The position numbers were made by a program, and so were the translations under genes. From positions 248,001-312,000 of the forward strand of contig JAAOMT010000599.1 in the NCBI GenBank assembly GCA_016748015.1: a stretch of 64,000 nucleotides of DNA. The letters run 5' to 3'. Source of the stretch: Geosiphon pyriformis uo1. Lineage: Eukaryota > Fungi > Glomeromycota. Within the stretch, counting starts at the first letter, position 1. Each line of letters starts with the position of its first letter. Positions 26,051 through 39,765 of the stretch are shown here, one piece after another. Under the pieces are notes generated by a model. It did not search any database. It was not told the DNA's origin and worked only from the letters and a program-made list of their open reading frames with translations.

Positions 26051-28319
26051 ACAACAAAAATTTTAAATCAATGCTAATAATAAATACATGAACTAATATT
26101 TACTATTATAATTATATGTAGTCATTACAAAAAAATGTGGACAAGCAATATACAGCGAGTTGAAGAGAAGATGTATCACAAAGTTGGTTAGCGAATTTCG
26201 AACTCTCTAGTTATGTCATAATTAAATAAAGTAATGCTTAATAAATATCATTCATCTATTTTTAGATTTTCTTACATTGTGAAAAATGGTTTGGATCTCA
26301 AACAATTTTACACTTTGAAGATTTGTAGATCAGCTTATCTAACTCATTGGAATCGGGGGACTAATGCAAGAAATACATGTGTAATAATGGTGGATATAGA
26401 CAAGATATTTTTACTAGAAATTTAATACCAATTGCCTAGCTTTCAAAAGATAAACAATCTGAAGCCTGGTGTCACGTGAAAGCAGACATTAGTATTATAT
26501 TGAAACATGGAACCTGACAACAAAGGCCTAAAACTCGAGAATTACACCTTATTTTATTGCAGATCAAAAACACAACATAATGCATGCATAATTCTTCAAA
26601 AACCCTTAATTATCGAATGATTGCAAATAGAATGTTCATGAGTGGTAGCTTCTGCTATTTAGTTCCATAAATTATCAGCTTCCAACTTTCCTGTTCAGGA
26701 GGGTTAATTGTCCAAAGAAACTTCTTGGCTAATAATATCACCGTTGCACACAGAGCAAACACGAATTGGATACTGATGCCCACGTTGTGATTTAGTGGAC
26801 CTACCTATGTCAAAGTTCATGGCCGGATGATTCATTGCTGTTGTTCGACGTTTTACGCGTATATCTATTCGTTTTGATTCGTGTGTGTTTGTTTGCCAAA
26901 CCAAATATCGGTTTTTTTGTTTGTCTTTATGCATGTTGTCTCTGTTGTTATTAATAGTAAGGAAATTGGAAGCCCTCACATTGATTAATATGGCGGACCA
27001 CTTAATGAAATAAATTACGATATATTTATCCAGATAAGTTTTCTTGATTTCCTTTCGTGCAACACAAGAAATTTTCTTTCTGAAGTTCAAAAGAACACAA
27101 GTTTTAAAGGTATGACCCAAGGACTTATTAGTCTAAGCCTTTAGCTTTGAGCCCCATTCATCATCCTGAAAAATACGAGTCATAGCGGTTGAGGCTCAGG
27201 GCAACAGGTTTTTCATTTTTATTGATCAAAAATATAATTCAGGCGGATTTCGTCACGTTTGGTCGCCGGCCGTAATAATATCCACCGAGAATTATAGAAC
27301 CACATACATGCGAACAAGCCAATTAATTTCAACACGGCATGAAATCAACCAATAGTTCCACAGGCTATATAATCTTGTACGGTAATTGGGTCGGTTTGAC
27401 GTGGTACGAATGCAATTTTTTAGGCAGGAGAAATTAAAAACTCATCTTCAGTTGCCTATTTCTTGGAAAATTTACTCGAATTTTTACATCTCAACCTCTT
27501 CTTTTTTTCGTTGTTCATATTTCACTTTCCTTTTACTTTCCGTCGCAGCCTCCGCTCGAAAATAGAGTTTTTATCGGGTTCTTGGCTTAACTTCTCACAG
27601 CCTTGATCATTGAACAATCCTGAACCCAAAATCATCTTTCCCACTCAACAAATCCCTTTTTTTCACCATCATCATCGACATTTCTCAAACACAAATTCAT
27701 TGTATAGATAGATACAATTTTATTTCTTAATTTGTGAATATAAAAATAGACTTGTAATTCAATATCATCTATCTCAAGGAACAAAAACAATAATAGGGCT
27801 AAAAATTGACGACGGGCATCTTATTTTTTATATATTATTAACTGCTCAATTTAGTTTACAGCGACAAAATAAGTACTCTTTTTGTATTATATTTAATAAT
27901 TCCGTACAATCCCTCACTCGTGTTCATGATCATGGAAATTTCCCTGACACATTAAAATAAATAGAAGTTAATAATAGTTGCAAAAATCCGGTTCATATTC
28001 TCTCATTTTCAAGCCCCTCTCTCCCAACCTCCTTTGCCTCCTTTACTACCTTACAACCCGCCTGGGACTAACCCACACAACAAACTCTCCCTTAAAACTC
28101 AAACAATAGAAACTGGTCTTTTGACAAAATCGTTCTATTATATACTTTCACTTTTCTAATAGCAAATTGTTCTGCTACTTTACTATTGAACTCTCGTTTC
28201 TTTTTCTTTTACTTGGGTTTTATTTTTTTCGGGACGAAGCGGAAAATATAACTATTCTTAAAGCTTAAGAACATTAATAACCAACCCTAAATTTCAAATC
28301 ACATATTCTTCTGATATAA

Positions 28320-31300
28320 ATGGAGACGGGATACCCCCCACCAGCACGAGGGGCCACAATTAATCGTGGCAAGACTCTCAGCAGGCCTGAACGTTACCAG
28401 CCAGCCACTCCGCTACTCACAGGTCAAAAGGAGAGTTCATCTTGGGATCCATGGGTTGTTTTTTCGCGTGTTGTCACTTTTTGGGCACCTGGAGCTCTAT
28501 TATCGTCCATAGGTCATCTTGGTGATAAAGGTTCACAACAAGCGTGGCGAGAAAAGATTGCACTATGTTTCATCGCACTCATTATGAGCGGCATCGTCGC
28601 CTTCTTGACTATTGGCTTTGCTGCTGTGCTATGTCCACCGTCACAAGCAAGTAACCCTCAAAATTTTTTGCACTATGGCGATTCACCAGGTAAATAAAAA
28701 TCGTTAAAAATTGAAGAGTTTAAATTTTTAGTATTAACTGTCTGTTTAGCTAAGAGTTACAAGAGCTTATATTTATTTCATTGAAATCACATATTTAAAA
28801 AAGTCACCTCAATACGTTTAACTTAATTGATCATAACCGTTAACTTCAATATTTAACTAAACTTTTAGGAAATCTTGGTATCCTCGGTTGGCAGTTTAAC
28901 ATCTCATCTTCAGATAATCGTGGCAACAAAGCTCTTGACTTTTATGCATTGAACGCACAACAAAATGGGCAAGATATTACAAACAGGTTCAGACGTGACA
29001 ATAACCAAATTGCAGCATGTCAAGGGGATATCAAAAAGTTCATGGCCGTTAAAATGCCATTATGCCAAGACCCGACTCAATGTCCTCTTCCACTATCACC
29101 TGAAACTTTTAATCTTTTCAAAATCTACAACACCACTAAGCGAGTTGGTTATGATTGGAAACAATTAGCAAATAGCACCTTGAAAAATTATATGGTCATC
29201 GATGGAAATGTCCTAAATCTTGATCCATATATGAACGCCAATCGAAACCCAATACCTAATGATGACGTAGATCTTGCCATTCGCACAGTATTAGGCACTG
29301 ATCACGTCCAGGGTGGTAAAGATGGCACTCGTCTTTTCTTTGGAAGGAAGGAATTGAAGGACACTGTCAATTGTCTGGTAAAAAAATATTTTGCTGGAAA
29401 TATTGATAAAGAAACAATTGGTTGCTTCACTTCCCAACTCTTCTTATATGTTTCATTGACCGTTATTTTGAGTATTGTCATGGTTCGATTCTTCATGGCC
29501 TGTGTTTTCGATTGGTTCATCTCACATCGTCTTGCTCTAGAACCAAAGAAATCAGATAAAGCTGTCGTGTCTCCACAAGTTAGTGGCGCCGGTGGTCGTG
29601 CTGCTCCATGGGCTCAACGTAATGAATCTGGTTCTGTAATCAAAACTATTGGCATGGATGACGTAGGCAATGATCTTTTCACAGTATTACTGGTCACTTG
29701 TTATTCTGAAGGTGAAGAAGGTCTTCGATGCACTTGTGAATCAATGGCTGCTACTGACTATCCGGATGATCGTAAATTGTTATTTTTGGTTTGTGATGGT
29801 ATCATCACTGGTCATGGTAACGACAAGAGTACCCCGGATATTTGTGTCGATATTTTGGAATTATTGCCTGAATTCAAAGATCCTCAACCTCAATCTTATA
29901 TCGCTGTCGCTGCTGGCTCCAAACAACACAATATGGCTAAAGTTTATGCTGGTCATTTTGGTAAGTTAAATTCATGAGTCAGGTTGATCCGTAGTGGCTA
30001 TTTCATCTCCCAAGTTCTAATATGATTATTGAGTATCACTGATTTATACATTTTTAATCAAACATAGTCTACAAAGATCGTCGAATTCCAACTATCTGTG
30101 TGGTTAAATGTGGTGGTCCTGACGAACAAGGCAAACCAAAACCTGGTAATCGTGGTAAACGTGATTCTCAACTGATTTTGATGAACTTCTTCAGTCGCGT
30201 CACCTATAATGATCGTATGACTAGTTTGGATTATGATTTGTTTCGTAAAGTTCATCGCCTTATGGGCGTTACCCCCGATTTTTTTGAGATTGTTTTAATG
30301 GTATGTTCACACCTTTTTAATACTCCTCATTTTACATCGTCTTTGAAAATTACTAAATTAAACTCAATAAACTTTCTTTCGTATTAAAGGTGGATGCAGA
30401 TACTAAAGTATACCCTGATTCACTCCGCTTATTAATTAACTGTATGTGTAACGATCCCTTGATCATGGGTCTTTGCGGTGAAACCAAAATTGCAAACAAA
30501 AAAGATTCTTGGGTCACAGCCATTCAGGTCTTTGAATATTACATCTCTCATCACTTGGGTAAAGGTTTCGAATCTGTATTCGGTGGTGTGACCTGCTTGC
30601 CAGGTTGTTTCTGTATGTATCGTCTTAAAGCAAGGAAAGGTGATGACGATTGGGTACCAATCATCACTAAGCCAGAAATTGTTCAGGAATACTCGCAAAA
30701 TACTGTCGACACTTTACATCAAAAGAATTTATTGTTACTTGGAGAAGATCGTTTCTTGACCACACTGATGTTGCGTAATTTCCCACATCGAAAAATGATG
30801 TTCTGCCCCCAAGCCGTCTGCAAAACTATTGTGCCCGATGAATTTAACGTATTACTGTCACAACGTCGTCGATGGATTAACTCTACCATTCACAACTTAA
30901 TGGAATTAGTTCTTGTCCGTAATCTTTGTGGGACTTTCTGTTTTTCGATGCAATTCGTTATCTTCATGGAGTTGATCGGTACCGTTGTATTACCAGTTGC
31001 TATCATGTTGACTTATTCATTGATCATTGGTGTCATTCTGAAACCACCAAAGGATTTTGCTGATGGTATTCCATTGCTCATGTTGGGGATGGTTCTCGGT
31101 CTACCAGCCATTTTAATTCTCATTACTACACGAAAAATTGTATACATTGCGTGGATGTTGATTTATTTATTGGCTTTACCTATATGGAATTTCGTTCTAC
31201 CCACCTACGCTTACTGGCATTTCGATGACTTTTCATGGGGTGAAACAAGGTTTGTAAAAACCAAAAATAAATGGTTGATTTTGATGGTTGATTTTTATCA

Positions 31301-31775
31301 TTACTAATTTGTTTATCACCCCCTATTACTTGTGATTTACAGAAAGGTTGAAGGTGAAGGTAAAGGTGATGACCACGGTAAAAAGGATGGTGTATTCGAA
31401 GCTTCCAAAGTACCATTGAAACGCTGGGAAGACTGGGAACGTACACGTCTCCGAAAAGTGAAACGTGACGCTGAACGTCAACGACAAGCACAACAAATGG
31501 CACCAGCACATCTCACACACTCTGCCATATCAGGTGAGGATGATGATAAAGGTCTGGTAGATAATCAATATTACGCCGAAACCTCTTCAATAACATCAGC
31601 AGTATCACAAGACATTGGTCTACCACAACAATATTATGATTATTCAGTGGGTGGTGGTAATAATTCAACAGCACCAGGATATCCACCGCAACATTACGAT
31701 CAATATAATCAACAACAGCGACCACCACAAGATCAATACGGTAATCAATATGGTGGGCAACAGGGTCATTATTAA
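28320..31775 (+). CDS. Chitin synthase, division 2 (class IV-like, no myosin motor); exons 28320-28689, 28869-29960, 30068-30300, 30390-31249, 31343-31775
   Basis: [74 protein letters not shown]. All four introns are GT-AG and preserve the frame. Confidence 0.96.
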
Positions 31776-32942
31776 GGAGACAATTATAATCAACTCTTTA
31801 CTGGAAACATTACAACATTTAACATTATTCCTTAATAAAAATTGCATTGGGCGGGTCACCAGGCGGGTGAACCTATTGTGTGTGTGTAATTGTTACTATT
31901 ACAATGACTGTTATAATATAGAAGCTGAGCGATATGCGAGAGAAATTTTTGTATTTTTTTTTCTTTTCCTCGCCAATCACTTGGTGACAGGCTGTGTTCT
32001 TTTTGTAGACAAAAAAGTAATTTTATATAAATAGTGTGAATTTGGCTTTACTATAAACTTTTTCACTTCGTATCTACCAAAAACTCCACTACCATTATCA
32101 TCGCCACCAGTAGTGTCACCTTTGAATGTATTCCTACAAGAGGTTATTCTCTTTGAAATTTAATCCCAACCCGCATTCTCATAAGAATGAACTTTGATAA
32201 AAAGTTATACTCCATCTTCACTATCAACTCCCATCAAAAGTGTAGCTTTAAAATAATGATCTTTCCACCATCATCACCATCATCACCCTCATTCTCTCTT
32301 TTATAAATATATACACAAAGGTTCCAATATCTTTGGAAATAAATGTGAAACAAATTACATATAAGGAGGATGTGAATGGTCAATAATTGATATGTGTGCT
32401 ATACTTTTACTTAAAAATGAAAGGAATTAAAGGGGTAGGGAATTCATTTCTGAAATATCATTAAATTAATAATGTGAAGTAATTTCCATTCTTATTACTA
32501 TTACCATCATCATCATGTTTTTAACAATGAAATTAAAAAATTAATCTTTCGACAATGTCATCTGCAAAGACTTGAAACAATTTCTCTTTAAGTTATTTGT
32601 CGGCATGATATTATGTCTAAAAAAAGCGTGTGATTGTGAGATTTGTCCCTTAAAAAATCATTTGAGTTAGGATTTTTGTATGGTCTGCGGGTTAAATAAT
32701 AACTTTGCCTGAGATCCTGGTAATTTTATGACGTTTATATATAGCTTGGATTAAATAGATTTAAAAATGAAATATTAGGGATAAACTGTTTGTTGGAAAA
32801 ATCATAATTTGATTAGTTTTAAAAATCGCTTCATATAAATTCGAACTTTTCTTAGTAGGAAATGGAATGATTTTCTTCTACTTGACACAAATATCATATT
32901 CCCTTCATCATAACAATCCCGACACCGATAAACCTTTATTGT

Positions 32943-34535
32943 TTAATTCAAAAGATCATTAAGTGACATCCCACTTGGTCTTTCATATTTTATCTCCACT
33001 ACATCATCATCACCATCATCGTTATATTTTTCTATTTCTTGTGCTTCCTCTTCTGCCTCATCTTCATACTCATCCATAACTTCATCTAGATCTTCCATTT
33101 CAGGATCTGATTGATGATCACCAAAGTCTTTTAATGTTTCTATCAGAATTTGGCTAGCACTACCTATGGGGTTTTTTTCTCTGTGAGATTGAAGAAATAT
33201 GATAAATAAAAGGTAATAATGTGGTTTGCAATGAATCAGTTGGGACTTTGGTTTACCTCAAAGTGTGCAAAACCCTTATTAGTTCATCCTTTAGAGGAGT
33301 GTGATGGAAAATTTCAACCATCTTACGACATTGATCTATGCTAAAGATTGAGGCAGACGGTCGAGGCCACACACATATTAATATATGTGAGATTTGAAGA
33401 AGTGAAAAAAATGTGGCCCTTTAATTACCATGTTTTAAATTTTACTTCATCATTAGGCAAATTTTGTCCGTATTTCCGAATTTTATTGAGTGTTGTCTAA
33501 AAATTTTTGATATATTGAAAGATTATTTTTAAATTTACGCTCTGGAAAGCTAGCATATCTTTTGTTACCTCAACGATATCCGGTTTTGGTAATGGAATCT
33601 TTTGGTCAGATGCATAACTCTTTGGATGAACCCCGCGTAAGTTTCTGGGATCAATAAGTAAATGATGCTCAGATCCTTGAGGAAATATGCTCAAGTGAAA
33701 ATCTTTTTTAGAAGTAAAGTTTAAATAAATTACAATATGGTCCAAAGAAATATTAGAGCAGGGATATAAAAAAAGACGAAATACTTACATGGAGCTTCTC
33801 CTTTAACATATCCGTTTGGCTTTGGCGAAATCATTCCATACCAATCATCTCCTAACGGAATAATTCCTGTAAATTTATCTATATATGAGGCCTGTAATAA
33901 CATGTAGAAAACGTCGCTTTCATACTGATTTAAAATGGTTAATATTTTCAAATAATAAAGGTTAAATACTAAAATCAATGATTTCAACTAAAATTAATTT
34001 ACTTCATCTTTCAACTGTGTACTTAAGGTTATCCAATAAATGGACACGATTGGGAGTCTGATCTCATGTTTTGAGAATCCAATGATGGAAAGTATTGGAG
34101 GCAACTCTGGGGCTAATCACAAGGGAAGTAAAAAATTTGAACCGCGGCGCGAAGGATCCGAAAACTCGAATTAGCTTAATGTAATAAGAATAGGAATAGG
34201 AATAGGAATAGGAATAGGAATAGGAATCTGAGTGATTCTCTATGAGTGATTAATTGAACATTGGATTTATCTGCACTTACTAGAATCATCGGCAAAAATT
34301 GGAGTTAGGCAAATTGACATGGCAAGATGTCCACATGCGAGGGTCCTGCTGATATACAGATTAGCTTTATATGTAAAAATTGAGGTATTCTTAGATTTTT
34401 TGATTGAATTTTTAATCTTGAAATGAGATGAACCGGAGCAATATCAATGGGAAAATTTTCCAAATTCGGAACTCATTATATTTCCAAATCTCTCCCACCT
34501 TTTGTTGAAGATCCACTCATTATAGTAACTTCCAT
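32943..34535 (-). CDS. INTS14: Integrator complex subunit 14 (VWA9)-like protein, C-terminal region; 5' exon structure uncertain
   Basis: Phase-consistent GT-AG exons 34281-~34350, 34003-34112, 33789-33924, 33569-33702, 33429-33496, 33257-33340, 32943-33180. They give TLACGHL, LSIIGF, GIIPLGDDWYGMI, LSIFPQG, KSYAS and KPDIVETTLNKIRKYGQNLP. These are collinear with recalled animal INTS14 segments (LKCGHL, IVGF, VQLGPEWHGML, MSLFEPG, RSYAQ, KPSGLQTDVQKILRNARKLP). Confidence 0.72.
34187..34227. repeat. (GGAATA)n hexanucleotide microsatellite in an intron of the INTS14-like gene
   Basis: About 7 tandem units seen directly. Confidence 0.9.
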
Positions 34536-35758
34536 GTTTTTTTTAAGGATGGAATGTTTTTAAATATTCTATTTAAAAAATGATCCAAATTTGAGCGGGA
34601 ATCTGGAGTATTTATATTTTCCGAGTTCTAATCAGCAGATCAGCCTATCATTAGAATCTTGAGACAACTACAATATGGAACAATTGATTTTTGGGAATTA
34701 TTATTTTTATGAAAAATTAGTTAAATTGAATAAAAATTTAGATATAAAATCTTTAAGAATAAGTTTATTCAAAGATTATTATTTTTTTTTTAAAAAAATA
34801 TCTTAATGTTTTTTCTTGTGGATTTATTTTAAAATAACAAAAATATATATATAATTGAAATGACAATTATAAAAATTTCATTGATATTTTTTATCATGAA
34901 AAATTTTTACAAATGCGTCACATTTAAAAAATTTTTAAATTACATTTTTCTTTAATTATACAAATAAATAAGGTTACTTTAAAAATTATTTTCATTTAAA
35001 TTTAAGTAATTATTAATAGTATTAAATTAAAAAATATTCACTCCAAAAGCAAAATGTCTTACACTTTATCTTTTAAATAAATAAAATAAAAGATTTTAAT
35101 ATTTCCTTTATTTTAAAGAAAATTTGAAATCATTCACCGTTATAGATATTTTCATTAAGCATATAAATTTTTTTGTGAAATAGATACAATGATTAAAAAT
35201 TATGAATTATAAATAATCAGTTTTACAATAATACCCTATTAATCTTATGTTCTTATTTCTAATTTAGTACTCCCTTTTTACTTTTGTAAATTTATTTTTT
35301 AATTATCATCGATAAAGACATACATGTTAAAAACAAAATCTGTGGATACGTTTGGATCCAATAAAAATATTCCAATTTCTTTAATTGAATTATTTTTACT
35401 CTCCGAGATAGAGCTTTATTAAACTTTTAAACTTTCAATGGATTATAATTCTGAATTTCAAAGAAATAAAAATTTTCAGGTTTGAACTACCATATCAGAT
35501 TTTGGATTTCATTTAATAGCATAAGTTCAATATGTAAGATACAGAAAAAATAAGAATTCTCATTTGAAATTAATAAAGAAAAAACTTTTTTCTCCCACTA
35601 ATTTTAGTAGGGTTTGTCTCTTATAATATTAAAATTTTTTGAGGTTAACATTGTTAGGTGTTTGCACCTTATAAAGCCACATCATATTTACTGATATATG
35701 ATCGTAAAAATAAGTTTTCCATGAATTTTTTCAACCAACTCATTATATGGTATGATAC

Positions 35759-36305
35759 NNNNNNNNNNNNNNNNNNNNNNNNNNNNNNNNNNNNNNNNNN
35801 NNNNNNNNNNNNNNNNNNNNNNNNNNNNNNNNNNNNNNNNNNNNNNNNNNNNNNNNNNNNNNNNNNNNNNNNNNNNNNNNNNNNNNNNNNNNNNNNNNNN
35901 NNNNNNNNNNNNNNNNNNNNNNNNNNNNNNNNNNNNNNNNNNNNNNNNNNNNNNNNNNNNNNNNNNNNNNNNNNNNNNNNNNNNNNNNNNNNNNNNNNNN
36001 NNNNNNNNNNNNNNNNNNNNNNNNNNNNNNNNNNNNNNNNNNNNNNNNNNNNNNNNNNNNNNNNNNNNNNNNNNNNNNNNNNNNNNNNNNNNNNNNNNNN
36101 NNNNNNNNNNNNNNNNNNNNNNNNNNNNNNNNNNNNNNNNNNNNNNNNNNNNNNNNNNNNNNNNNNNNNNNNNNNNNNNNNNNNNNNNNNNNNNNNNNNN
36201 NNNNNNNNNNNNNNNNNNNNNNNNNNNNNNNNNNNNNNNNNNNNNNNNNNNNNNNNNNNNNNNNNNNNNNNNNNNNNNNNNNNNNNNNNNNNNNNNNNNN
36301 NNNNA
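35759..36305. other. Assembly gap (N run)
   Basis: Run of N bases. Confidence 1.
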
Positions 36306-37390
36306 CCCAAAAACCGGATAACAACCCAGACGAATAGGGTGGCAAGGTCGACTAATATGATTAAGCTGTTTGCGCTATTGGTCTACCTACGATTTGTATT
36401 TGTGGATTTCTTGGATCAATCATTTGCTTTCAGGATGAATTTTTCTTTTTACGCCACACAGAAATAATTAGTAAAGTGAGGCTAAAAAATTCCAAGCTAT
36501 TATGCTGGTTGATTGTTCCTTTTTTACGGAAGCCTGGACGGGTTGGCAAGTTTTTGTCAAGCTTTTACAAATGGTGCCATCCCTAGAATCGGGAATCTTT
36601 TTGAAAAGTATTCCAAACAAGTGGTATTTAAATATGATCTTTTGGCGCATAACCCATCTTCTCATTCAATGGAAACTCTTTTTTATATCTTAAACCCAAT
36701 TTCAAAAATTCAATACCCTCATTTAAAATCAAAAATCAAAAATTTTAAAGCTTTCATTTATTACATTTTCTTGAAGTAGCGGCTGACTATTTTTATTACT
36801 GATGCATCCGCATCATTTTACTCTATTTCCGATCAACCATATAAATTTTCCCAATTTTCCTATAAAAAGTTTAGAAATTACATCACCGGCTGATCTCAAT
36901 GGTCAAAAACCGAAACGGCTTACCCCCTCATGTAACCATATTTTCATACGTTACACCACTAAACGAAATGTAACAAACTTCAGGTTCATACAGGGAGAGC
37001 GAATGTATTTTGCACTCGCAAATTTGACGCAATCGTCACCCAGCCATTTGAGGCGTTGAACATGAAAATCGCAAGGCGAGAAAAATTACGCGAAAGATTT
37101 TCCAGAAAATTACCGTTTTTGTCAACATCGGATTGTCAAGGTCGAGGAGTTAGGAGTCCGAATTGTCATTCAAAATGAGGCCTATATATCCAAGACTTGT
37201 AGTTGGTGTGGTAAAAAAGAGCAGCGAGAGAGGGGTTTAGAAGCGTATAAATACTGGAATTGGAGGGATGTAATGAGCAGAGATTAAAATAGTGCTCAGG
37301 GAGTCCTCCCACAGGCATTGCTTGATGAAAGCCTTGAGGGTTATGCAGGAAATGGTAGTATTACTTAGCAACGCTTAGTACTACCTACGA
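36306..37390 (+). pseudogene. Degenerate Fanzor/TnpB (probably Fanzor2, IS607-like) RNA-guided nuclease relic
   Basis: Frameshifted fragments: SLDGLASF (RuvC-I-like, ~36532), QVH...TRKFDAIVTQPFEALNM, YRFCQHRIVKVEELGVRIVIQNEAYISKTCSWCG (RuvC-II plus Zn finger, to 37212), and VMSRD*NSAQGVLPQALLD (RuvC-III, DRDxNGARxI-like, 37270-37326). Confidence 0.82.
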
Positions 37391-38323
37391 TTATCAATCC
37401 AATCATTATGCAATTAATTTCTTTTTTTTAATGACATTTTTTTCACATTTATGGTTTAAATCACAAATTGCTATATGATAAAAAGTCACAAAATTTAAAT
37501 GGATCAAATTACCTCTTCAAAATCTGAAATATCCCTTTCTATATATAAAAATTAATAAATTTATTATTTGCTTGTCTAATCGAAATTAACTTTTTCGAAA
37601 TCAAATTGAAGTATGATAACTTGAAAATTTGTCAGATGATTTCTCAAACTTTACCTTTTAGATCCTTTGTCGATAAACTTTAACTTTTTAATAGAACCTA
37701 ATTTTTTCTCATCAAGATTTCAAAGATAAAAAGTATCATCATAGTTTGAAGTTTTTCAACTGAGCCCGATCAAAATTAACAAAAAGCGCCTGGCTAACGC
37801 GTTTAAACAGATATGCTTTTGTGGAATGAGTTCGCCTCAAAGGTTACCATAGAAAAAATTTTTAATTAAAAACGTACATAAAGCCTTTGGAAAACATTTA
37901 TATTTTTATTTTCAATTACCATATATATAAATAAAAGTTTTTATCACGCGAGTTTCCATTTTAAAAAAGTTTGTATTTATCATTTATAATTACACGTGAG
38001 AATAATATTTTTCAAAAAAAAAAAAAAAGCGAAGGAATTAATTTCACCCATGTGGTCTCGTACAAACTAGGGGCTGTTTATGAGTCCGAAGCTTAGCCCT
38101 AAACCTCTTTCATAATCCAAACTTAAATCAAAAAATCTGATGACTCATTGAACCATCAAGTTACTCAAAAAATTTCGTCATTTTTGTATCACCCAATTCC
38201 CGAACTTCATTTAAATACAAAACGATTGTTTGAAAATCATCCTGGGAAAAAATAATGCTATTATTCAACTCAAGTGGGCAGTGGTCTGGGTACGCTTTAG
38301 CCCATGCCATGCATGCACAGACG

Positions 38324-38371
<48 letters not shown>

Positions 38372-38373
38372 TA
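38324..38373. repeat. (ATC)n microsatellite
   Basis: Seen directly. Confidence 0.9.
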
Positions 38374-39715
38374 TAGAGCCGACAATGCTAAATGTTTAAA
38401 ATGGCTGTTGTTAAGTTGCTTTATTGTTTCTTAAAACTTTCAAAAGTTTAATGAAGCCTTTTCCCTCTCTCATCTTTTGTTCTTTCTCCCAATTAAAACT
38501 TTAGAAAATAACTATTTGTTTTTTGTTCGTTAAAGTGAACCAATCAAATTTCTTTTTAGATTTCAAGTTGAAGAATGAAATAATGAAATAATACGATTCA
38601 TGAAAAAAAAAGAGAAAGAAAAAGAAAAAAGAGACGTCTTTTTCTCGGTAATAGGAATCTTTTTTTTTTTTTTTAAAAAAGTTTCTTTTTATCAAGTTAA
38701 ATTAGTTAATCTATACCACGCGACAGATCTAGAAACCTGAGTTTATTTTAAAAATCCCTTCTTTAGAAAATCCCATTTTTGTCAATTCATTTTCTATTTC
38801 TTAAATCAAGTTATAATACAGAAAAACTATTCAAATCTGTAGATTTTAATGATCTTATTTTAAATAAATAACATGGTCTTTTTCCTTTGATTCTTTCATA
38901 ATTTCTAGTGATATAAAAAACGGCATCTCATTAATCAAAAGGCTGATTTTGCGTAGCATTAAACTCGATAATAAGTGTCACCACCTACCCAATCAAACAA
39001 AAACAATCTCAAAAAAGTTCCATGCAGAATAATCCGTCTTTCAAAATCCGATGAATCCGTTTATGGATAGCACTAATAACTGATTGGTTTATCAAGTATA
39101 AGATTTTTTTCTTGCGCACAAATATTTCTACTGCATATCTCAGGAAATAAGAGATTTCTTTTTAAAGTTTAGACCCTTAACATCGAAGGCAAAGTTGGCA
39201 CCTTTTCCCCGTACTACTATGAGAAAAAAAGGAAGTGGAGTTTTGTTGCTGTGAGCTGTTGTATCACAAAAATGGATTAAGTTATTCAATAAGAATTTTC
39301 AATGTCAGAATAGAGATAATATACCCACTTAATGATGGTGCCGTCAGTTGATTGATTTCTGATACTTTTGTTTCAAAGGGCTGCGGTAGGAATTTGCAAT
39401 GAACGCCAGCAGCTAGTAACAAGTAATGGTAATATAGGACGGAAAAAGCTTGTAATCATTTACAAAAACTCGAAAAAACAGGTTTTCAAAAATGAGATTC
39501 TAAAAAGTTATAAAAATGGAATTAGTCTGACATCGTTGAGTATTTTTATTCTTTCACGATTTTCATCTTTTAAAATAAAAAAATATTTTTTTCTTTTTTT
39601 AAAAAATAGAATTTTAATAAATATCTTACAAGTTTATAAGTTTATAAGTCTTATAATTATCATTATTATAATTATCATTATTATTATTATCATCATCATC
39701 ATCATCATCATCATC

Positions 39716-39746
<31 letters not shown>

Positions 39747-39765
39747 CCACCATCATCATAACTAC

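Noticed and set aside
26704-27120. 138-aa minus-strand ORF upstream of the chitin synthase
   Set aside because: Non-ATG start and no recognisable motif; probably promoter-region noise.
1-31775. Functional gene cluster (sulfite reductase + thiouridylase; chitinase + chitin synthase)
   Set aside because: Interspersed with unrelated housekeeping genes and TE blocks; chance neighbourhood cannot be excluded without synteny data.
34536-34549. U12-type branch point (TCCTTAA) plus AC acceptor at the 5' end of the INTS14-like gene
   Set aside because: No canonical ATATCCT/GTATCCT donor found upstream, and a conventional ATG plus GT-AG model is also possible. Left unresolved.
35658-36467. Four ORFs spanning the N run
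   Set aside because: Artefacts of translating N bases.
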